From assembly GCF_009914755.1 (NCBI RefSeq), contig NC_060936.1: a stretch of 64,000 nucleotides of DNA. One strand, given 5' to 3'. The DNA is from the human T2T-CHM13v2.0 reference genome, Homo sapiens. Positions 54,493 to 64,000 of this stretch are shown here, one piece after another; position 1 is the first letter of the stretch, and each line of letters begins with the position of its first letter. Made by a program: the position numbers and the translations under genes. The notes below the pieces were generated by a model that was given only the letters and a program-made list of their open reading frames with translations, was not told where the DNA came from and searched no databases.

Positions 54493-56399
54493 GTAAATAT
54501 TCAAGGCCTCACTTTTGTCTTTGCTCAGTATTCTTATAGAATGTAAGAGCCCTGCCATTGTGTATCTCTTACTTATATCATATTATTCTTCACTACAGAA
54601 ATTTACCAGTTTATTGCAATTGTTTGTGTCTTGTAGTAGATTTATAGAATTCCAGAAGTAATAGGGTCCTTTAGGTGTTATCCAGTCTAATCTTTCATTT
54701 CATCTGTTTACTTATCTTGTTAAGTTGATAAATAACTTTTCAAATGTGTCCCTTAGTAGGCATCTCTACAACTTAGTCTCCAGATACACTCCACATAACA
54801 CATAGTTCTAATGTTTTGATAATTTTTTAACCATTTTTTTCCATGGTTTTAGTTTCTTTGCCTAGAAAGTTCTCCCCTGAGGGCTACCACACATGGCTAT
54901 GCAGGCTGTGGATGGCACACTTTTGTCGGTGCCATTCACAGTGACATGAGTTGCTGTTGGCCAAAGTTGTGTAACACTGGTCTTTCTTTCCTTCTCTCTT
55001 CCCTCCTGAACCATGTAAACATATATCTATCTGATTGTTCTGCTCTCCCTTCAAAATATAATTCAAATTATCTTTCTTTAAAGCCCTCCCCATACCTCCA
55101 AACCTCCAAACAAAATTAAGATTTACTTCTTTTGTCAGTCTATGAAAATATATACATATCTCTTGTATACTTGGTGAGTTGTGTGAAAATAACAGTGTAC
55201 AGTGTTCATCTTTGTATCATTCAGAATATCGAGCTCATTGCTTTACATATGGTGTGTATTCAATAAATACTAGGTTCATTGCTTATATTTCAGATTTGTA
55301 TTATTTGTATAAGTGTTAGAGTTTATACTAGCATTCAGGTAGCACTATGTCTATTTTCTAGAAATTTAATATTTCTAACAAAGCAATTATGTAGTGATTT
55401 AATACACATTATTAAATAATCAATAAAGTACTATGTTTGCCAATAGTTTACTTTTTAAACCTTACTGTATTTAATATCCCTACTGTATTTAATATCCCAC
55501 TTGCCTATGGATTGAAATCAATTTGTTGACTGTTAAGATTAAGTTAATACTAATTAGTAATCAACATAAAAAGAAAAAGAATTTGTAACCCATTTTCATG
55601 CATTACGTTTATGAATTAAAATCACATAAACAATCTAATTATTTAAATTTAGTCAAATTTCTTTTAAGCAAGCAACAATTAAAATAGTTGCTCCGCTTTA
55701 CTAAAGATAATTAAATTTTTCCATCAATAATTTAATACATTTTTACTGTGCATCTTTTGCATGCAGATTATTGCATTAATTTTAATTGAAAATACCAAAG
55801 AACTAAAAAGAAACTTCCCCTTCTAAGTCCACATTAAGGAAACAACATACCTAAAAGCACCTGATACAACTGTACTACATTCCCCACAGGAAATCATTTC
55901 TACTATTCTTTCAATTTATCCAAATCTTTCTACCCAACAGGATTTTTACTTTATTCCTCTTTCCATATTCTTTTGGACTTCATATGCTTAGTTTTATCTT
56001 TTCTTTTTAAAACGAAATCTTAAATCCAAGGATTATGTATTAGGTTTAAAGAATTTATCCCAGTTGTCAGAGGTTATTTATATCTAGCAAACAATAACTG
56101 CTGATTAAATCTTGTGGATGAGTTTGTCGTATGTACCTTATTTGTGCCAGAGCAAAATAAGGTAATCAGGACTATTTATTCATTTACCAAGAGGTTACAT
56201 ATTGAAGGACTATCTAGAGCAAGGGTGGAGTTGTGTTAGACTTTCTGCAGAGAATTTGATAATGGAATGTACATGATTGGTAGAGAAGAATATGGAAGTT
56301 TAATACTGGGTATGCAAATGCATGGATAAAAACCTCAAGGTAAAACTCATCAAATCACAGTGGAAAAAGTATAGTGAAGTCTGAATAAAAATAATAAGA

Positions 56400-57375
<976 letters not shown>

Positions 57376-57389
57376 AAACACTTCTATCA

Positions 57390-57590
57390 TGCTCATTACC
57401 ACCTGGGCACTGCTCCAAATACTTTACACAATTTAATCCTTACGACAACCTACGAAAAGGTCCAGTAGGTTCTAATGTTATTCCCATTGTGCAAGTGAGA
57501 AGCTGAGGCACTGAGGGTTTAAATAACTTGCCTAAGAACAAGCTCCTGGTAACAGTGTGAAATCTGCCTCCACAGTGCCTGCTTTAATTT
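57390..57590 (-). mobile_element. MIR
   Basis: ttattcccattgtgcaagtgagaagctgaggcactgagggtttaaataacttgcctaag. Confidence 0.75.
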
Positions 57591-58227
57591 CTTGGCTACA
57601 CAGCAGATTCATGGTAGTGGTGGTAGTGGTGTTCATTTTCTCTAAAATAACAGTTTGAATAATTTGGTTTTGATAATGCACTGCATTTATTATAAATTAG
57701 ATGATCAGAGAAAGATTGCAGGGATAAGAAATTATGCTTTTGATAATCTTTAGTTATATTCTTAATTTTCTTCATTATTATTTAAATGTAAAAATAAATA
57801 TCTGTGAGCAGTAGTATTTTCCTGTCATGAAGCTGAAATTACTTTCATAAATATGTGTGAATATTCTAAAGAGAATGACTCTGTAGGATTTAAAGAAATT
57901 AATTCTTATTTTTGCTGGCATTTATTTATTTTATCAGATTCACTTTCTCATATATGTCTCTCTTCATGGCACCATATGCCTAAAGTCAGCTTGGATAGTT
58001 TGGATCCTCCAAGGAAAATTCCTTCCAGAAACATGTGCAGCACACAGTGCTAGATAATTAATAGAGAATATAAAATGGGTTTCCTGTTTCAAGATGGTTT
58101 GTAGGTCTGTATGTGTAGGGCATTGACAAGAGAGTAAAACATAAATCACCTTAGTACAAAGTAAGGAGTGAATGGCATATCTTAGAGAAAAAAAAGTTAC
58201 TGGGCTATAAGAGAAGGCATTTGTGAG

Positions 58228-58444
58228 TTTTTCCCTCCCTCCCCGCTTCCCTTCCCTTCCCTTCCCTTCCCTTCCCTTCCCTTCCCTTCCCTTCCCTTCC
58301 CTTCTCTTCCCTCCCCTCCCCTTCTCTTCCCTCCCCTCCCCTCCCCTCCCCTCCCTTCTCCTTTCTCTTCCCCTTCCCCTTCCTCTTCCCCTTCCCCTTC
58401 TCCTTCCTTCCTTCCTTCCTTCCTCTTCCACCTGCCTTCCTTTT
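58228..58444. repeat. Polypyrimidine/polypurine tract with (CCCTT)n and (CCCCT)n
   Basis: Almost pure C/T for ~215 bp. Confidence 0.95.
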
Positions 58445-60085
58445 AATTTTGCTATGAGCCCTTAAAGAGGATTTTAGTAATTTGCTACTTAAATTAAATA
58501 TATTTGCTAGATGTTGTGCTAGGCTTCAGGAATACAAGTTGGATTGCAGTAATGTAAAGCCCTTTGCATTCTAGCAAGAAAACAGATGGGTATGTATGTT
58601 TGCTCAGTGCTACATTAAATGAAATGGATGGGAGCCGGGAGGAGAAATGGTGTGTTTGGCCTGAGAGGTTAGTAGCAAGGACTTCTCTGCAAGAAAGTTT
58701 GAAGCCAATTCTTCAAGAATGAACACCTTTTTGCTGGGTGAAAAGTAGAGGAAGGCATTTGGGGTAATAGAAATAGCATAAAAGGTAATGAGGTTTGAAA
58801 AATTACATGCTGTGTTTGGAAGAATGTCCTGGAGCAGCAGCGTTTTAGAAGGTTTTTAAAGACGATGGTGACTTGATCAGAGCTCTGTAGTGCTTTGAGG
58901 ATGGGTTGAAGGTGGGCGTACTTGGAGACTGGTGGGCATTTAATTGGTGCCTTCCAACCACATAAATGAATGTCCCCTCAAATCCCTTGGAAACACTTTA
59001 ATTCTAGAAAATTCAAAAATTGTCCCCAACATCTTTTTCCTCTGAGTTGGTACCCTGGATCTTTGGGTCTTCTTTTCTTTCCTTTTTTGATGTTTTATTT
59101 TGGGTAATGAAAGTCACACAGGTTTTGAAGCCAGCAGATTTGGCTTCAAATCCAAGTCTCAGTTGCTTGCTAGCTGTAAGGGACAAATTATATATCTTTT
59201 CTAAATACTCATCTATAAAATGGGAGTAATAATTGCTATGGCATAGGATTTTTTTAAAAAAAAGATTAGAAATCATGTGTGTACAGAATTTAGCACAGTA
59301 ACTGATGGATATTATTTCTATTACCTGTTATCTTGGTCTTCTAGTTGATAGCTCCTTGCTAGCGTCTAGCTCCTTTCCATAGCTCTTCCTGAGTAGGGCC
59401 AGCATGCAGTGCCACAGCTTGCTAAGGCTTCTCCTGGATTGCTGAGTTGTTCTAGTTTTTGTGGCACCTCACATGCTAACCCACCCTGAACACATGCTCT
59501 GAAAACATAACATTTAGAGGAAGGTTGAAGACTGAGAGACAAGGTATATCTTTGAGGAAATTCAGATGCTTGTCTTGAGGAGCTCAGGAAAGCTAGACAC
59601 GAGTAATGACTGTCGTTTGTGTGTGGCATTAATAAATTTTACAATAGCTATGTCCCCATTTAGTTATTCTATGTCACAAATAAAGGCAGGACAGTAGTAT
59701 TTACTGTGTTAAGGTACTGGTTTCCCAGGTATCTTACAGTGAGAAGACAGAAGCTCAGAAAGTGTAAGCAATGTGCATATTTGGTGGAGTCTGGATGTAA
59801 ACAGAGATCTTGATGCCAAGCCTGTGGAGCTTTGTCTCCATATAATGTTGTCTCTTTCATAATAACTGACTGTCATGTGGCAGATTATTCATGCTATTCT
59901 GACATTGATGGCATTAATATCATCTTATTTTCCCAATCTATTCAAGGATCAGTTTTGCCTTATTTTATTTTGTTTCATTCCAAATTGGAGATGTAGAGAA
60001 AAATCACATGAAGTTTGATTTGCCAGTCTCCTAAAAGGAAGAAAAATGTAGATTTTTAATATACTTAATTTTTTTTCTTTAATAG

Positions 60086-60344
60086 GTATGTGAGAAAGAG
60101 AGCAGTCCCAAATTGGTGGAACTCTTACTGAATAGTGGATCTCGTGAACAAGATGTACGAAAAGCGTTGACGATAAGCATTGGGAAAGGTGACAGCCAGA
60201 TCATCAGCTTGCTCTTAAGGAGGCTGGCCCTGGATGTGGCCAACAATAGCATTTGCCTTGGAGGATTTTGTATAGGAAAAGTTGAACCTTCTTGGCTTGG
60301 TCCTTTATTTCCAGATAAGACTTCTAATTTAAGGAAACAAACAA
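60086..60344 (+). CDS. LRRK2: LRRK2 exon 19 (259 nt; ankyrin region)
   Basis: taatag| VCEKESSPKLVELLLNSGSREQDVRKALTISIGKGDSQIISLLLRRLALDVANNSICLGGFCIGKVEPSWLGPLFPDKTSNLRKQT |gtaagt. Confidence 0.98.
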
Positions 60345-62499
60345 GTAAGTAACAAGGAGAATATTTTTTACAATTCTTATTTTTAATAGTATTTTTTTAA
60401 GTCACTAGTCTTTTAGTGGTTATTCATGCCAGTTTGAGGGACCTTAAGCCAAAGATATTGCAAAGGTTTGGATTTTTTTTTTTTTTGGCTATGAAATACT
60501 TCAAAATGACATTTAAGTTCTTTATGAGATAGCAAATAGTTATTTATAAAAATAGAGCAAAATAGTGGAAGCTTTTTGAAGGGGTACTTTTTAATATATA
60601 TTTTTTATTATTAAAGTAAGATATCCCTGTTTTTAAAGGAAATATAAAATTATAAAAAAGAAAATAAAAATAACTTATTTTATCTCTTATAAGTAATTAA
60701 TATGGATATTTTTCCTAACTTTTTATATGCTTACATGTACCTATGCATTCAAATGTATGTAAAAGCATACACACATATTTATTTGGCATTTTTAACTTAG
60801 AATATACTTTATATTTCAATTGATAATGCATTTTCTTTATACTTTCAAGCTCATGTGTATTTTGTACATATTATGTGTATTGATGGTAAGTTACCATCTT
60901 CTGACACTATTTTTATCTTTTGAGCTCTCTCATTTGTTCACACTAAATGTGTTTTTAGCGTGAAAGCTCCCAGCTTTCCCTGTGTTAACTTAGTCCCATG
61001 CCCATCTCCTTCCCCATGGTCATCAAACTCCATGAATCAACACCTTAAGGACCATCTTGCAAGTAACATGTTTGCTTCTCTCATTTTTATGATGCACTCA
61101 CTAGCAAAACACCAGTTTTGGTCAGTCTACCAGTCTACTTTTTCCCTCAGTTTCACCAAGAAAACTGAGTGCTGCTAGAGAAAAGTACCCATCCATGCAA
61201 TTTGGTGCCTTTATACATCAAGGTTTCCAACCGCTCAGTAGGCTCCAAAAGTTCCAATCAGGCTGAATTTTCCTCGGTTTCTCAAACACTTCGTGTACCC
61301 TTACTTCCAGTCTTTTTCCAGTGTTACTCTCTCTCTACCTAGCTCTAAATTCTCTCTTCACCTGGCTGTCTCTTCATTCTTCCTGTCTCAGTGCTATCAC
61401 CAGTCTGGAAGGTTCTCTTACATGACCCTATAGCACTTTATTTCTCACATATACTACCATTCACCACATTATATAATTTAATTTTTCATTTTTATAATCT
61501 ACTTTTTGGTAAATTGTTAGTACCATGAAGTCAATGTCAATTTTGTTCATGGTTGTAACCTTACCATTGATACTAGTGTTTTGCACATAGTAGATTATCA
61601 TTTAGAATTAAGTATTCAATATTGGCAAAAAATAAAAATTGTGTAATACATTATGTTGATAAGCATGTGTGGAAACATGCTTCATATATTGATATGAATT
61701 TAAATTGTCCTCTTTTGAGGACAATTTGGCAATATCTACTAATATTTTTAATATATGTACATACTTTTTTGACCTCACAATGTACTGTTAGGAATCTATG
61801 ATACAGACATTCTCAATGTGCACAAAAATTATGTACAAAAATGCACATTAAAACATTGTTTATAATAGCAAAAGAGTAGGAAAAAAACCTAAGTATTCCC
61901 CAAAAGGAACTATTCAAATAAATAATGGTACATACATGTTGTGGAATGCTTTGCAATCATTGAGGAAAAAAAAACGTGGAGCAAATTTAATGTCCTGATA
62001 AAGATTACATTACTCCGTGGCAAAAAAAAGGGCACAGACAGTGTTTTTACTATGCTAATGTTGATGAAAATGCAACTGGAATATGATAGTTATAAAAGTT
62101 TGAATATGAAATAAAACCCTCCAGAAATGGGTTCCCTGGTTGTCTCTGGGTCTTTGGAAATTACTGAGACATGGTTAGATCCCATGTTTCATTACTTAAA
62201 CTAGTCTTATGCCAAAAACCTGCTTACTTTAATCTTCAATATCCGATGGAGAGGAATTGTGGGCCCATTGGAGAGGGACAGAGGGAGATTTATCATTCAC
62301 TATATTCTCTTTGTTCTGTCTGGAGTTTTTACCATTGACACATCTTACCCAGTTAAAAAAACATAGAATTGTCATTTGATTAATTGGAGGGTATAACCAT
62401 GATTTCACTGGCAGCTGGTCTGAGTAAAGAACACTTTGGGTCATAGCTTTCAAACATTTTTCAGGTAGTATTTGCCTAAGTGACATATTTGTGTGTGAG

Positions 62500-62889
62500 C
62501 TCATCCTACCGGGCTTCGGGATAATTTCCCATATCATAACATATTACTCTGGAAAAAGGAACCATTTGGGTATATGGGTATAGTGTAAGCCATAGTATCA
62601 GTTGCCTTCTTGGGGTTTATCATATGGGTCCACCACATATTTACAGTAGGAATAGATGTAGATACATGAGCATACTTCACTCTGCTACTATAATTATTGC
62701 TATTCCTACTGTTGTCAAAGTCTTTTAGCTGATTATCTACACTTCACAGGGGTAATATCAAATGATCCCCCACCATGCTCTGAGCCCCAGGGTTTATTTT
62801 CCTTTTTACAGTAGGAGGCCTAACCAGCATTGTATTAGCCAACTCATCACTGGATATTGTACTACATGATACAGCAGTATCATGTAGTA
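62500..62889 (+). pseudogene. NUMT: decayed fragment of mitochondrial cytochrome c oxidase subunit I (approx. residues 246-374)
   Basis: In the vertebrate mitochondrial code, across frameshifts, reads [99 protein letters not shown]; several indels and a TAA at a Trp codon. Confidence 0.95.
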
Positions 62890-63099
62890 ATATTTGAAGT
62901 CATTACAGTAGTAATATTTGAAGAAATCTTCCTGGCTGTATGTAGAACAATGAGGACTCAGCCAACTTATTCTTCATAGTAGAGCTAATACATAATGTAA
63001 TGAAGTTGTGAGAAGAATGTTAACTTTGAAATTCCATCAGGTTTCCCAATAGTCATAATGAATCACTCAGCAAACTTTATAAAAATAACAAGATCCTTT

Positions 63100-63310
63100 A
63101 TTTAGCAGTTTATGTGTTCTATGCATTGTGCTAAACATTTTATATGCATCATTTCAATTACTCTTTTTCATCACCATATACTGTATTTATTATCATCTTC
63201 ATTTTCCAGGTGAGGACACTGACACCCAGGGAGCTCATATAACTCACAAATGGCATTTCTATGACTTGAACACAGGCCTGTCTGGCTTCAAAGCCTAGGC
63301 CTTTTCCTGA
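63100..63310 (-). mobile_element. MIR
   Basis: cattgtgctaaacattttatatgcatcatttc...attttccaggtgaggacactgac...cttgaacacaggcctgtctggcttcaaagcc. Confidence 0.75.
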
Positions 63311-63561
63311 ATAAAGTTAGTTCCATAGAGATTCAGTTTTGCTGTCTACATGAAAGCATTGTGTACATGGTTATGTTTTTTTAAAAAATATATGATCTGC
63401 CACCTGTTAATTATTCAGGATCACTAGTGTAAGGTGACTTTGAAAGGAAAAATAGAAATATTCTCTAGAAGCATAGCAATACGTAAGAACTTTGGTCCTA
63501 TGTATGTTTATTTTTGCATAATTGTTGATTTCTAAGTTGCTGGTGTATCTCTTATTTTCAG

Positions 63562-63750
63562 ATATAGCATCTACACTAGCAAGAATGGTGATCAGATATC
63601 AGATGAAAAGTGCTGTGGAAGAAGGAACAGCCTCAGGCAGCGATGGAAATTTTTCTGAAGATGTGCTGTCTAAATTTGATGAATGGACCTTTATTCCTGA
63701 CTCTTCTATGGACAGTGTGTTTGCTCAAAGTGATGACCTGGATAGTGAAG
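63562..63750 (+). CDS. LRRK2: LRRK2 exon 20 (189 nt); gene continues beyond the window
   Basis: ttttcag| IASTLARMVIRYQMKSAVEEGTASGSDGNFSEDVLSKFDEWTFIPDSSMDSVFAQSDDLDSE |gtattt. Confidence 0.98.
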
Positions 63751-64000
63751 GTATTTATTATAAAAAAAAACCCTTTATGCTTTATATTTACACACTGACA
63801 TTGAACAATAGGACCCAAGACAAAAACCTGACCTAAATCATCTGGAAAAACTTGAGTAGAAATGTGTTTATTATCGCAAACAGTTAAGTTTACTGATTTT
63901 GGTTAAAGTGATGGGTCAAGGAAGTGTGTCTCTGTGCTTCTAAATGTTATACTAATTGGTTAATGGTTAATATTCCAGGAAACAAACTCTGACTAGACTG

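Noticed and set aside
57964-58465. 155-aa R/G/E-rich and 80-aa P/L/S-rich ORFs
   Set aside because: Translations of the (CCCTT)n microsatellite.
62500-62889. Functional COX1 gene or mitochondrial contamination
   Set aside because: Multiple frameshifts and stops, clear divergence from human mtDNA, and continuous embedding in intron 19.

Overview
Primate (almost certainly human) genomic DNA containing the CpG-island promoter and coding exons 1-20 of LRRK2 on the + strand. All 20 exons have GT/AG boundaries and join into one open frame of 2689 nt (residues 1 to ~897: armadillo and ankyrin regions and the start of the pre-LRR linker). The gene continues beyond the window. Introns hold the usual Alu, L1, MIR, MER5A and LTR debris. 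I found no new protein-coding system, and most short ORFs in the track are repeat or low-complexity artefacts. The most unusual structures are: (1) two independent, TSD-bounded L1 3'-transductions flanking exon 7, both in the gene's sense orientation and both importing an AATAAA, one with a twin-priming 5' inversion; (2) an old MT-CO1 NUMT in intron 19 whose 3' junction has a perfect hairpin plus a tandem duplication; (3) two non-tandem local duplications (51 bp and 111 bp) that look like templated insertions; (4) a uORF overlapping the LRRK2 start codon and a perfect 23-bp promoter palindrome built from ARE/AP-1-like motifs; (5) inverted Alu pairs around in-frame exon blocks 9-11 and 17-18. 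Repeat subfamily names and boundaries are by eye and approximate. Whether any of these are already annotated could not be checked.
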